A stretch of DNA of 51,713 bases from Clostridia bacterium. Lineage in GTDB: Bacteria; Bacillota; Clostridia; Oscillospirales; CAG-272. Both the position numbers and the translations under genes were made by a program. The notes under the pieces were generated by a model. That model saw only the letters and a program-made list of their open reading frames with translations, ran no database searches and was not told the DNA's origin. Positions 18,326-27,821 of the stretch are shown here, piece by piece. Positions within the stretch are counted from its first letter, which is position 1. Each line of letters begins with the position of its first letter. The stretch spans positions 1-51,713 of the forward strand of contig JAFTLK010000395.1 in NCBI GenBank assembly GCA_017455975.1, written 5' to 3'.

Positions 18326-18405
18326 GTCGGGTATCCTTTCGTAATTCAAAAATGAGAAGACAGGGGCATCGAACCGTGCCCCTGCGAAAATTCGTTGTAA
18401 TGTGA

Positions 18406-19068
18406 TTATGCCATGTAGTCGCCGTTGTAGCTGACCAGCGTCACGTCGGCAACACCGGGAATTTTGCGAAGATCGTTGACAAATGCTGTCTCCGCACCGG
18501 CAAGACGCACCTCGACGGTCATCTCAACGCCGGCTGCCGTCACGGTCTTGGACTTGAGGGCCTGACGCTTGACGGATGCTGCAAGAGCCTTCTGCACGTT
18601 GTCCTCTGCCGCATCATCTGCCGCATGCAGAACGAGGATATAGGGCTTGGTGACCTGCGCACGGCCGGAGAGGATGTGGAAGACTACGAGCACCGCGCCG
18701 ACAAACAGCGCACCGATCAGCGCAACGGGGATCATACCCGCGCCGATGACAATACCTTCGGAAATCGCCCAGAACAGGAACGCAATTTCCATCGGTTCCT
18801 TAACTGCGGTACGGAAACGGACAATCGACAGTGCGCCGACCATACCGAGCGACAGAATGACGGATTGGGTGACAGCGAGGATCGCAACATTGGTGATAAG
18901 CGTCATCGCGACGAGTGACACACCGAAGCTGCGGGAGTACATGACACCCGCAAAGGTGAACCGATAGATCGCATAGATGAACAGACCCATCAGAAGCGAG
19001 ACAGCAAATGCAAGAAAAATGTCAGCATAATTGACTTCGGCAAACTTGGCAATAAATTCAGACGACAT
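18406..19068 (-). CDS. DUF4956-family membrane protein
   Basis: LSLGMVGALSIVRFRTAVKEP signature, several TMs and a C-terminal ACT-like domain. Confidence 0.88.
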   Translation of the reverse strand: MSSEFIAKFAEVNYADIFLAFAVSLLMGLFIYAIYRFTFAGVMYSRSFGVSLVAMTLITNVAILAVTQSVILSLGMVGALSIVRFRTAVKEPMEIAFLFWAISEGIVIGAGMIPVALIGALFVGAVLVVFHILSGRAQVTKPYILVLHAADDAAEDNVQKALAASVKRQALKSKTVTAAGVEMTVEVRLAGAETAFVNDLRKIPGVADVTLVSYNGDYMA

Positions 19069-19095
19069 TTGAGATAATCCTCCGTATGTATGTTA

Positions 19096-19791
19096 TTAAT
19101 CGTATCTTCTGCTGATTTCGTATTTGGAAAACGGCGACGAGCGGCAATCGGGTGTCTGCAGCAGTGCCGCAATATGTCCGGGCAGGAAAGCGTTGTACTT
19201 GACCTCCAGAATACAGATCGGTCCGTCGTCCGCCGCATCACACGGCAGCGTCGGCAATTCTGGATTCAGAAAATCCACCGCGCGGATTCCCGTGCGGATA
19301 TTGTAGTCAAGCGTAATACGCGTGTCTGAAATCGGACAGACAAACGTCTTGCGCGTGTAGTCAACCACAGCCTTCGGCACATAGCCGTACAGCTTGCTCT
19401 TTGCGTAGAATTCCCGCAGCAGCGCCTCCTCCGCTCCGGCCATCCAGCCGACATCGCCGGTGACCAGACGCCCGCACTGTTCTGCGGTGACGGGACACGA
19501 TTGCTTGTCTGTGAGACGGTTGATCTTGCTTTTCTTTTCCAGCCGGATAAAGGAAGGATCAAGATTGTAATACCGCAGACGGAATTTCTCACGCCGCGGA
19601 AGTCCCTGTGTTTTTTCCTTCAGTGCCTTGTCCTGCGCATTGTCAAAATACAGAGAACGGATCAGATACGTTCCGTCAGGACGTGCATGGCTGTCATACG
19701 GCAGTACAGCCGAAAGTCTGCGATCGAGCGCGGTCATCTGCATACGGTCGATGACATATTTGATTTCATGCCGATAACGCGGCGTTGACAT
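19096..19791 (-). CDS. VTC (polyphosphate polymerase) domain protein
   Basis: RHEIKY, IRSLYFD, REKFRLRYY, RLEKKSK, RITLD, ILEVKY and FSKY motifs. Start at ATG 19791 after GAAAGGA. Confidence 0.88.
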   Translation of the reverse strand: MSTPRYRHEIKYVIDRMQMTALDRRLSAVLPYDSHARPDGTYLIRSLYFDNAQDKALKEKTQGLPRREKFRLRYYNLDPSFIRLEKKSKINRLTDKQSCPVTAEQCGRLVTGDVGWMAGAEEALLREFYAKSKLYGYVPKAVVDYTRKTFVCPISDTRITLDYNIRTGIRAVDFLNPELPTLPCDAADDGPICILEVKYNAFLPGHIAALLQTPDCRSSPFSKYEISRRYD

Positions 19792-19936
19792 GCCTGTCAC
19801 ATCCTTTCTGCGGGCACGTATTTTTGTTGTTTACAGTATACCGCATATATATGACAATTCTGTGAACAAAGGGTGGTGTTTGCCGAAAAACAGCAGAAAA
19901 TTTTCAGATTCAAACCATTCCGTCGGTCAATTACCG

Positions 19937-21328
19937 TTATGCAAAAAAGCTCAGCGTTTCAAAAATGCTGTTGACCGGGAAGATGTCCACTCCGTCGAGG
20001 TTCAGATTCTTCATCTCCGCATTCTTTTTCGGAACAACAATACGTCCAAAGCCGAGACGCGCACATTCCTTGACGCGCTGTTCAATGCCGCCGACCGCAC
20101 GAACCTCACCGGCAAGTCCGAGCTCACCGATGGCAACGAGATCATCGGGCAGAACCTTGTCCTTCAGCGAAGAAATCAAAGCAAGCGCCACGGACAGGTC
20201 CGCCGCCGGTTCCTCCAGCCGCAGACCGCCGATGACATTGAGATATGCATCGTTTGCCGAGAACCGCAGGCCGAGCCGCTTTTCCAGCACAGCGAGGATC
20301 ATCTGCAGGCGATTGTAGTCAATACCGGTCGAGGAGCGTCTGGGTGACGGGAAAAAGGTCTGCGTCACCAGCGCCTGGATCTCCGCGACAATCGGGCGGG
20401 AGCCCTCTATAACACATACAGCACAGTTGCCCGATACGCCCTGCGGACGGCCGGACAGGAGCATTTCCGACGGATTCTCCACTTCATTGAGACCCTTGTC
20501 CGTCATTTCAAAAACGCCGATTTCATTGGTGGAGCCATATCGGTTCTTGATAGCGCGGATGATGCGGTAGGATTGCTGACGCTCGCCCTCGAAATAGACA
20601 ACCGCGTCGACCATATGCTCAAGCACCTTCGGCCCGGCGATCCCGCCCTCCTTGTTGACGTGACCGACGAGAATGACAGAAATGCCCTCGTTCTTTGCCT
20701 TATGGATGAGCGCCATCGCCGCTTCCTTGACCTGCGTCACGGAACCGGGGGCGGAGTTGATCTCGTCGTTGTAAATGGTCTGGATGGAGTCGACGATCAG
20801 TACATCGGGCTTCAGCTTGTCCGTCTGCCGCAGGATGTTGCGGATGTTCGTTTCAATGCACAGATACAGGTTCGCACCGGATACCTCCAGCCGCTTTGCA
20901 CGCAGCTTCAGCTGTCCCTGCGATTCTTCACCCGAGACATACAAAACGCGGCGGTTCTGTCCGAGCGTCGCCGATACCTGCATCAGCATGGTTGACTTAC
21001 CGATGCCGGGTTCACCCGACCGAAGCACGACCGAGCCGAGCACAAGACCGCCGCCGAGGACGCGGTCGAGCTCCCCAAGCCCCGTATCTGTACGCATGTA
21101 CGTCGGGATCTCCAGAGAATCGAACGGGATCGCATCGGCACCGGTGTCGACCGCCGAGGAAAACAGGGCATGGCGTGCCGAGGCTTTTCCCTGTGCCGCT
21201 GTTTCGGTCAGGTATTCCTCCTGCTCCTCCATGGAGTTCCATGCCCCGCAGGACGGGCATTTCCCCATCCATTTTGTCGTTTTATATTCACATTCGGTAC
21301 AGATATAAATACTTTTGGGTCCTTTCAT
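19937..21328 (-). CDS. radA: DNA repair protein RadA/Sms
   Basis: Zn finger CTEC..CPSC, Walker A GEPGIGKST, LIVDSIQ, KNRYG and a Lon-like C-terminus. Confidence 0.97.
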   Translation of the reverse strand: MKGPKSIYICTECEYKTTKWMGKCPSCGAWNSMEEQEEYLTETAAQGKASARHALFSSAVDTGADAIPFDSLEIPTYMRTDTGLGELDRVLGGGLVLGSVVLRSGEPGIGKSTMLMQVSATLGQNRRVLYVSGEESQGQLKLRAKRLEVSGANLYLCIETNIRNILRQTDKLKPDVLIVDSIQTIYNDEINSAPGSVTQVKEAAMALIHKAKNEGISVILVGHVNKEGGIAGPKVLEHMVDAVVYFEGERQQSYRIIRAIKNRYGSTNEIGVFEMTDKGLNEVENPSEMLLSGRPQGVSGNCAVCVIEGSRPIVAEIQALVTQTFFPSPRRSSTGIDYNRLQMILAVLEKRLGLRFSANDAYLNVIGGLRLEEPAADLSVALALISSLKDKVLPDDLVAIGELGLAGEVRAVGGIEQRVKECARLGFGRIVVPKKNAEMKNLNLDGVDIFPVNSIFETLSFFA

Positions 21329-22098
21329 TGTACGGGTGACTCCTTTATATGATATAGATAATCAAGAATTCCGATACACAGCACCGCGGCGACCTGCTCT
21401 CTGTATTCCGGGGTCATCAACGCGGATGCCTCCTCCGGATTGGAGAGAAAGCCGCATTCGGCAAGCACCGAGGTACCCTCCGCCCGATCGAGCAGATAAA
21501 TGGTACTGTCCGCGGCCTTGCAGGCACGGGTATTGTCCGGCTGCAGATGCGTACAGTTCGCCTGCCGCAGCATCTCGGCAAGTGCCTCCGAGGACGGATG
21601 ATGCTTTGAATAAAAGAACTGCATGCCATCGTAGCGCGGATCGGAAAATGTATTCATGTGGATGGACAGAAACAGTGCATCGGGATGTGCCTGGTGTACC
21701 GCAAGACGGTTTTTGAGATCGGCCATTTTCCTGTGCCCCGGTTCGGCACCGTCATACAGCCCATTGTCATCCGTGCGCGTGTATATGACCTCAACCCCAT
21801 TTGCCCGAAGCATATCACCGAGCGCCAGCGTGATGGACAGATTCAGCGTTTTCTCGGCAGCCCCTGCCGCCGACACAGCACCGCCGTCCTCCCCGCCGTG
21901 ACCGGCATCGAGTATCACCGTCGGTCGGAACACAGCCTGTGCAAAATCCGCATCCTGCGTCGGCTCCGCAGAAACACCTGCCGGAACATCCCGTGCCGTG
22001 TGCGGCGGCAGAGGTGCACCGGCAAACCCGAGCACCACACCGCAGAAGCCGACAGAAACAAGCATCAATCCAAGAAGCGCCCGCAATCGTTTTCCCAT
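21325..22098 (-). CDS. N-acetylmuramoyl-L-alanine amidase (Amidase_3, CwlD-like)
   Basis: N-terminal membrane anchor, ILDAGHGGEDGGA, AEKTLNL, LSIHMN and LAECGFLSN motifs. Confidence 0.85.
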   Translation of the reverse strand: MGKRLRALLGLMLVSVGFCGVVLGFAGAPLPPHTARDVPAGVSAEPTQDADFAQAVFRPTVILDAGHGGEDGGAVSAAGAAEKTLNLSITLALGDMLRANGVEVIYTRTDDNGLYDGAEPGHRKMADLKNRLAVHQAHPDALFLSIHMNTFSDPRYDGMQFFYSKHHPSSEALAEMLRQANCTHLQPDNTRACKAADSTIYLLDRAEGTSVLAECGFLSNPEEASALMTPEYREQVAAVLCIGILDYLYHIKESPVQ

Positions 22099-22133
22099 AT
22101 AATTTCACCGCCAAATCCGAATATTGATACCGA

Positions 22134-22162
22134 ATTTTATGCGGCGGTCCTGCATTTCATGA
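22134..22162 (-). promoter_or_regulatory. Putative sigma-E promoter upstream of the amidase
   Basis: Minus strand TCATGAA-14 nt-CATAAAAT, resembling the B. subtilis sigma-E consensus TCATATT..CATAcanT. Confidence 0.45.
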
Positions 22163-22208
22163 CAGGAAAACGGGCTGCAGCACATGCGTGCCCAGCCCAT
22201 GTATGGTA

Positions 22209-22766
22209 TCAGCGGGTTTCGTCCTTTAAGTTGGGCTTGATGCCGAACAAACCGAGAATACGGAAGTTACGGTTGCCGAGCATATAGCCGACCTGTGCCA
22301 CAATGGGTGCAGGCAGGCAGACCAGAATCCATGCGATCTGGTTATAGGGGCTGTACAGTGTGATCAGGCCGAGGTACATGGCGTGCAGGGCGCGGGTCAG
22401 CATGTTCACGACAAAATACACATTTGCTGCCGGCTCGGAGGTTTCCGTATGCGGGAACGTGACAAGCAGCAGAATTGCCATAATGATCATGGGGATATAG
22501 GAAATCAAAGAGATGACCAGTCCGCGCACCGGTGTCTTCTTCCGGCGTCCGGCATCCTCCTGAATGCGGTCCTTTCCGCCGATCTCCCAGAACATGTAGT
22601 ACGTCAGAAACAGATAAAAGCCGATGGAGAACAGCGAGCCGATCAAAAGCATCGTTTCATTCTGCATCGTGGCAAACGCGATCATCAGACCAAACATCGT
22701 AATGGCGACCTGATTGAGCAGACACTTGACAATATTGTATGAATTGGATTTCCAGAATTCTTTCAT
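22209..22766 (-). CDS. Hypothetical integral membrane protein (about 4-5 TM)
   Basis: 185-aa hydrophobic ORF with an AAGAAAGGAA RBS. Confidence 0.75.
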   Translation of the reverse strand: MKEFWKSNSYNIVKCLLNQVAITMFGLMIAFATMQNETMLLIGSLFSIGFYLFLTYYMFWEIGGKDRIQEDAGRRKKTPVRGLVISLISYIPMIIMAILLLVTFPHTETSEPAANVYFVVNMLTRALHAMYLGLITLYSPYNQIAWILVCLPAPIVAQVGYMLGNRNFRILGLFGIKPNLKDETR

Positions 22767-22971
22767 GATCGTTCCATTGGGTTCCTTTCTTGCTTTGAGT
22801 ACAAATAGCTATGCATACATTGTACCGAAATTCGATGAACAAATCAAGTATTTTCCGCGCTTTTTTCGCATATCACGAAAAATTTACATTTTATCCATGA
22901 AAATTACGGAAATTTTATATAATAACGTGCTATAATATTACCGGAACATCAAACAAAGAAAGGAGCTTTTC

Positions 22972-23991
22972 ATGGCTGATTACCATCCCATTGACATTTC
23001 CGTCTATCCGCCGATCTTCCGGCAGTTTGCAACCTATAAAACGGTCATTCAGGGACGCTCTCCGGCGACGGTCGAGGACTACCTGTCCGATCTGAGCCTG
23101 TTTTTCCGCGTGTACAAGCATCTGCGCGGCGGGCGGCGCACCCCGCTTGAGGAGATTTCCCTTGATGATATCGATGCCGCATTTTTGGAAAAGATCACAC
23201 GCACAGACATTTTCGAGGTGTTCAATTACCTTGTCAACGAGCGCGGCAACAAGGTCTGTGCAAGAGCCAGAAAGCTGTCAGCGCTCAAATCGCTGTACAA
23301 ATACCTGACGGTCACGGAAAAGCTCTTTGAGCACAACCCTGTCCGCGACATCGAATCCCCCAAGCAATCGCAGAAGCTGCCGAAATATCTGACGCTGGAC
23401 GAATGCGTGCTCCTTTTACAGACGGTTGCCTCTGACGGCGAGAGCACAACACGCGACCGTGATTACGCAATGATCACGCTGTTTCTCAACTGCGGCATGC
23501 GTCTGTCGGAGCTGGTCGGCATCAATCTGAGCGACATCGACCGCGATATGACTGCACTGCGTGTCCTGGGGAAAGGCAGCAAAGAACGGTTTATTTATCT
23601 CAACGATGCCTGCCGTGCGGCTTTGAACGCTTATCTGCCGACCCGTGCTGCGATGGCAGACCGCATCATCCCCGAGGACCGGGACGCGCTGTTTCTGAGC
23701 ACACGCCGCAATCGGCGCATCAGCCAGAAGACGGTGCAGTACATCGTTTATAAATACCTTGAGATGGCCGGGCTCGGACACAAGAAACTGTCCACGCACA
23801 AGCTGCGCCATACAGCTGCCACACTGATGTACCAGAGCGGCAATGTCGATATCCGTGTGCTCAAGGATATTCTCGGGCATGAACAGCTCAACACCACGCA
23901 GATCTATACGCACGTCTCCGACGAATCCATGCAGCGTGCAATGGATGCCAATCCCCTCGCAGGACTGCAGCTGAACAAAAAGCATTCATAA
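22972..23991 (+). CDS. Tyrosine recombinase, XerC/XerD-like (chromosomal)
   Basis: Catalytic R (GMRLSEL), K (GKGSKER), HxxR (HKLRH), H (LGH) and Y (TQIYTH), plus an N-terminal SAM-like domain. Confidence 0.9.
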   Translation: MADYHPIDISVYPPIFRQFATYKTVIQGRSPATVEDYLSDLSLFFRVYKHLRGGRRTPLEEISLDDIDAAFLEKITRTDIFEVFNYLVNERGNKVCARARKLSALKSLYKYLTVTEKLFEHNPVRDIESPKQSQKLPKYLTLDECVLLLQTVASDGESTTRDRDYAMITLFLNCGMRLSELVGINLSDIDRDMTALRVLGKGSKERFIYLNDACRAALNAYLPTRAAMADRIIPEDRDALFLSTRRNRRISQKTVQYIVYKYLEMAGLGHKKLSTHKLRHTAATLMYQSGNVDIRVLKDILGHEQLNTTQIYTHVSDESMQRAMDANPLAGLQLNKKHS

Positions 23992-24089
23992 ACAGACATC
24001 TGTTGCGCATCCGTCATATCCCATTCAACCGTTTATCACACAAACCTGTTATACTGTATCCAGACGATAAAGAGAAAGGATTGAATCTT

Positions 24090-24773
24090 ATGGAAAAAGC
24101 TTACCGTATGCTCATTGTTGATGATGAGGAAAAGATCCGGGAACTGATCAAAAAATATGCGCTGTTCGAGGGCTACGAGGTTGAGGAGTCCGGCGACGGC
24201 ATGGACGCGGTCGAAAAGTGCCGCCGCAACGATTACGATATCATCATCATGGACATCATGATGCCGTTTCTGGACGGTTTTTCTGCCTGCAAGGAGATTC
24301 GAAAGACGAAGAATATCCCCGTTATCATGCTTTCCGCACGCGGCGAGGAATACGACCATATTCACGGCTTTGAGGTCGGCGTCGACGACTATGTCGACAA
24401 GCCGTTCTCCGCAAAGGAGCTGATGATGCGCGTCTCCGCCGTCATCAAGCGTACGGCACGGCATGAGGAAAAGCAGGCGCGCGAGGTTCTGACCTTTGAG
24501 GGTCTGACCGTGGACTTTACCGGACGGCTTGTCTACATCGACGGACAGAAGATCGACATGACACCCAAGGAGTATGAGCTGTTCTTCTATCTGGTCAAGA
24601 ACCGCGGTATTGCGCTGACACGTGAAAAGCTCATCTGCGATGTCTGGGGCTATGACTTCTACGGTGACGACAGAACGCTCGACACACACATCAAGCTGCT
24701 GCGCAAGTCACTCGGTGCTTACGCCAGATTCATCGTCACACTGCGCGGTGTTGGCTATCGCTTTGAGGCATAA
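24090..24773 (+). CDS. OmpR-family response regulator
   Basis: IVDDE, MDIMMP, LSARGE, DDYVDKPF and TLRGVGY motifs. Start at ATG 24090 after GAAAGGA. Confidence 0.95.
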   Translation: MEKAYRMLIVDDEEKIRELIKKYALFEGYEVEESGDGMDAVEKCRRNDYDIIIMDIMMPFLDGFSACKEIRKTKNIPVIMLSARGEEYDHIHGFEVGVDDYVDKPFSAKELMMRVSAVIKRTARHEEKQAREVLTFEGLTVDFTGRLVYIDGQKIDMTPKEYELFFYLVKNRGIALTREKLICDVWGYDFYGDDRTLDTHIKLLRKSLGAYARFIVTLRGVGYRFEA

Positions 24774-24797
24774 GCCGGACCGCACCGCCATCGGATC

Positions 24798-26363
24798 ATG
24801 ACAAAACGTAAAATTCCGCAGATCGGCATCCGCTGGAAGCTGGCAGCATATCTTGCGATTTTTGTATCGGTGCTGCTGCTCGTTCTCTGGCTGTTCCAGA
24901 TCGTCTTTCTGGGCGATGTCTATCGGAACATCAAGGTCAATCAGATCTATACCGCCGCCGAAACAATCAAGGCACGCATCACCATCGCCAATCCAAAAGG
25001 AAACGCCATGGCACAGCTGACCGATACAATCGCCGCTGATGACCAGATCTGTGTTCTGGTTCTGGACGACACATTCCGTTCTGTCAGCGAGGGCTCCAAC
25101 CACACCTGCTATTCCATCGGTGCTGCCAACAGCTGCTTTGTCCATCAGAGCGCCGGCACGCTGCTCAACGACCTGCTGCGCATCCGCTTTCTGACCACGG
25201 TACGGCAATCCGGGGAGGTCTACTTCCGCGATATGTCACCGGATGCCGGGCATACGACGTCGCTTACCACGGACGGAACACCGCGCCCCTCTGCTGTCCA
25301 GAATCCGAGTTCCGACCGCGAGACCGCAATGCTGTACGTCGAATACTTTACGCACCGTGACAACGGTTATTATATCATCCTGAATTCCAAGGTCACACCT
25401 GTCTCCTCCACTGTGCAAACGCTGCAGTATGAGCTTGTTATCATTTCCGTGCTGTTCATTGTTGCTGCCGTCATCATGGCATTGGTGCTCTCGGCGCACA
25501 TCTCCGCACCGATCATCAAAATCAACGAGCGCGCGCACCAGCTTGCCACCGGTGACTACAATACAGTCTTTGAAGGCAGCGGCTATAAAGAAATTGCCGA
25601 GCTGCGCGACACACTTAATTATGCTGCGCGTGAGCTTTCCAAGGTCGAGGGCTTCCGCCGCGAGCTGATCGCAAATGTCTCCCACGACCTGCGCACGCCG
25701 CTGACCATGATTACAGGTTATGCCGAGGTCATGCGCGATCTGCCGGGCGAAAACACACCGGAAAATGTTCAGGTCATCATCGATGAGGGCAGCCGTCTGA
25801 CAACGCTGGTCAATGATCTGCTCGATCTGTCCAAGCTCCAGTCGGGCACCGCACAGATGACCCTGACAACCTTCTCGCTGACCGAATGCATCAAAACAAT
25901 CAACCGCCGTTATCAGAAGCTCAAGGAAAATGACGGCTATGATATCGACTTTCTGTATGACGAGGATGTGTATGTCACCGCCGATTATCCCAAGCTCGGG
26001 CAAGTCATCTACAACCTCGTCAACAATGCCATCTCCTATACGGGAGCGGACAAAAAGGTTACCATCCGGCAAACCGTCACAAACGAAAACGGAGTCCGGA
26101 CCGTCTGTATTTCCGTTACCGACACCGGCATGGGTATTTCCAAGGAGAATCTCGAATTCATCTGGGACCGCTACTTCAAGGAAAACAAGGCACACAAGCG
26201 TGCGGTCGTCGGCACGGGACTGGGGCTTTCCATCGTCAAGGGAATTCTGCAGATGCACCATGCACAGTTCGGCGTAGACACCTCCGAGGATCCCATCAAT
26301 CACGGCTCCACATTCTGGTTTGCACTTCCCTGCTCCGATGCACCGGACGACCCCGTATCCTGA
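24798..26363 (+). CDS. HAMP-domain sensor histidine kinase
   Basis: Two TMs, HAMP, H-box SHDLRTPLT, N-box NLVNNA, DTGMG and GTGLGLSI. Confidence 0.95.
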   Translation: MTKRKIPQIGIRWKLAAYLAIFVSVLLLVLWLFQIVFLGDVYRNIKVNQIYTAAETIKARITIANPKGNAMAQLTDTIAADDQICVLVLDDTFRSVSEGSNHTCYSIGAANSCFVHQSAGTLLNDLLRIRFLTTVRQSGEVYFRDMSPDAGHTTSLTTDGTPRPSAVQNPSSDRETAMLYVEYFTHRDNGYYIILNSKVTPVSSTVQTLQYELVIISVLFIVAAVIMALVLSAHISAPIIKINERAHQLATGDYNTVFEGSGYKEIAELRDTLNYAARELSKVEGFRRELIANVSHDLRTPLTMITGYAEVMRDLPGENTPENVQVIIDEGSRLTTLVNDLLDLSKLQSGTAQMTLTTFSLTECIKTINRRYQKLKENDGYDIDFLYDEDVYVTADYPKLGQVIYNLVNNAISYTGADKKVTIRQTVTNENGVRTVCISVTDTGMGISKENLEFIWDRYFKENKAHKRAVVGTGLGLSIVKGILQMHHAQFGVDTSEDPINHGSTFWFALPCSDAPDDPVS

Positions 26364-26371
26364 CATCCCCT

Positions 26372-26418
26372 ATACCCGCCGCAGTACGTTGAAAAAAGCG
26401 CCGTCGGCGGGTATTTTT
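26372..26418 (+). terminator. Probable intrinsic terminator after the two-component system
   Basis: ATACCCGCCG...CGGCGGGTAT followed by TTTT, with a long loop. Confidence 0.55.
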
Positions 26419-26431
26419 GCCGCTGCAGCAC

Positions 26432-26460
26432 TTGACAAACCCCGCACTTCATGATATAAT
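26432..26460 (+). promoter_or_regulatory. Consensus sigma-A promoter
   Basis: TTGACA-17 nt-TATAAT with extended -10 TG. Confidence 0.85.
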
Positions 26461-26492
26461 CACAAAAAAGTGTTGAAAAGGAGATTCATCCT

Positions 26493-27821
26493 ATGATTTT
26501 CGATCAGATTCAGAATCTTTCTGTTTACCGTGCGGTTCTGCCGGGCATGGAGGCCGTACTCGACTTCCTCTCCCGCACAGAGCTCACCTCTCTTGCTGCC
26601 GGAAAGATCCGCCTTGGCGGCGGTGTCGTCTGCAATGTGAATCGGTATGAACCGAAAACAGAGAGCAAATGGGAGGCACACCGCAATTACATCGACCTGC
26701 AGTACGTCGTCTCCGGCGCGGAAACGATGGTATATGCATCGCTCGACGACGCGGTGGATGCCGATGAATACAACGCAGAAAAGGATCTGCACCTCTTCGG
26801 CAATGCAGACCGTTCCGTATCCATGGCATTCCATGCAGGCGACTTTGCGCTGTTCTTCCCGCAGGATGTTCATATGCCCGGTCTAAAAAATGAAGAGACG
26901 GACGGCGAGGTGCTCAAGCTTGTTTTCAAGATCCCGACACCATCCTATGAGTATATTGCGCATCTGCAGCAGCTGTGTGAGGCAATTGCCCTGCCCGCAG
27001 ATGCTGCCGCCGCTGTGCTTTCTGCCGCCGAAAAAATTCCGGCGGAAAAAGCAAACACCCTCACCGCCGCTTTCTTTGCCAATGAAGATGTTCAGCCGCA
27101 GATCGAAGCACTGGCAGAGGAAATCGGTATTTCCGTGCCGCTGTGCGATCTGACCGTTTATATGATGTTCGCTCGTCAGACCTACTATAACTACCTGTCC
27201 CACGGTGTTTCACAGGACATCTACGAGGACTCGATGACCGACTTTACCGTCTGGAATCTGACCTGTGTGCGCAATACCGATGCACCGGGACTCCTGCAGA
27301 TGGGATGGCTTGAAATGACACTGAAGGAAAAGCTGTACCGCATCGGACGCTTCCAGTATGAACCGACCACCTTCCGTCACGGCAGATTCGCGTGCGGAGA
27401 CTACGTTGTCCGTCAGGGCGACCCGGTTCTGACCATTCATATTCCGGAGGGTGAGCCGCTGACCGATGAAGTGCGTCTCGACTCCTACCGACGTGCAGAA
27501 AAATTCTTTGGCTCGCACATCTTTGTCTGCCACTCCTGGCTTCTGTACCCGGCACACCGCGCCTTCCTGCAGAATGGCTCCCGCATTGTCTCGTTCATGG
27601 ATGACTTTGTCATGCTGTCAAGTGAGGAAAAACGCGGTGATATCGGCAATCTGTGGCGGATGTACGGCTTCAAGTGCGACCACCGTGATTTCGCTTCTCT
27701 GCCGGAAACGACCGGAATGCAGCGTGCTTACAAAAAGCATCTGCTTGAAACCGGCGGCATGACCGGTGAGGGCTACGGTATCTTCATCATCGAAGACGGA
27801 AAACTGATTACAAAAGCATGA
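26493..27821 (+). CDS. Fusion: YhcH/YjgK/YiaL domain + N-acyltransferase (NAT_N/GNAT_C-like) domain
   Basis: aa ~1-148 carry EAHRNYIDLQY, FFPQDVHMP and KLVFKI. aa ~150-442 carry LYRIGRFQYE, IHIPEGEPL, FVCHSWLL and LPETTGMQR. Single uninterrupted ORF. Confidence 0.8.
   Translation: MIFDQIQNLSVYRAVLPGMEAVLDFLSRTELTSLAAGKIRLGGGVVCNVNRYEPKTESKWEAHRNYIDLQYVVSGAETMVYASLDDAVDADEYNAEKDLHLFGNADRSVSMAFHAGDFALFFPQDVHMPGLKNEETDGEVLKLVFKIPTPSYEYIAHLQQLCEAIALPADAAAAVLSAAEKIPAEKANTLTAAFFANEDVQPQIEALAEEIGISVPLCDLTVYMMFARQTYYNYLSHGVSQDIYEDSMTDFTVWNLTCVRNTDAPGLLQMGWLEMTLKEKLYRIGRFQYEPTTFRHGRFACGDYVVRQGDPVLTIHIPEGEPLTDEVRLDSYRRAEKFFGSHIFVCHSWLLYPAHRAFLQNGSRIVSFMDDFVMLSSEEKRGDIGNLWRMYGFKCDHRDFASLPETTGMQRAYKKHLLETGGMTGEGYGIFIIEDGKLITKA

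Noticed and set aside
21019-21021. Arg in the RadA strand before Walker A (VLRSGEPGIGKST)
   Set aside because: CGG is one base from CTG (Leu). A private SNP or consensus error is more likely than new function, and Walker A itself is intact.
22898-22916. CodY-like box upstream of the recombinase
   Set aside because: At least four mismatches to AATTTTCWGAAAATT in an AT-rich region, which is not distinguishable from chance.
22972-23991. Tyrosine recombinase as marker of an integrated element
   Set aside because: No flanking att-like repeats, tRNA, excisionase or cargo. The neighbours are housekeeping genes and the protein looks like a chromosomal Xer enzyme.
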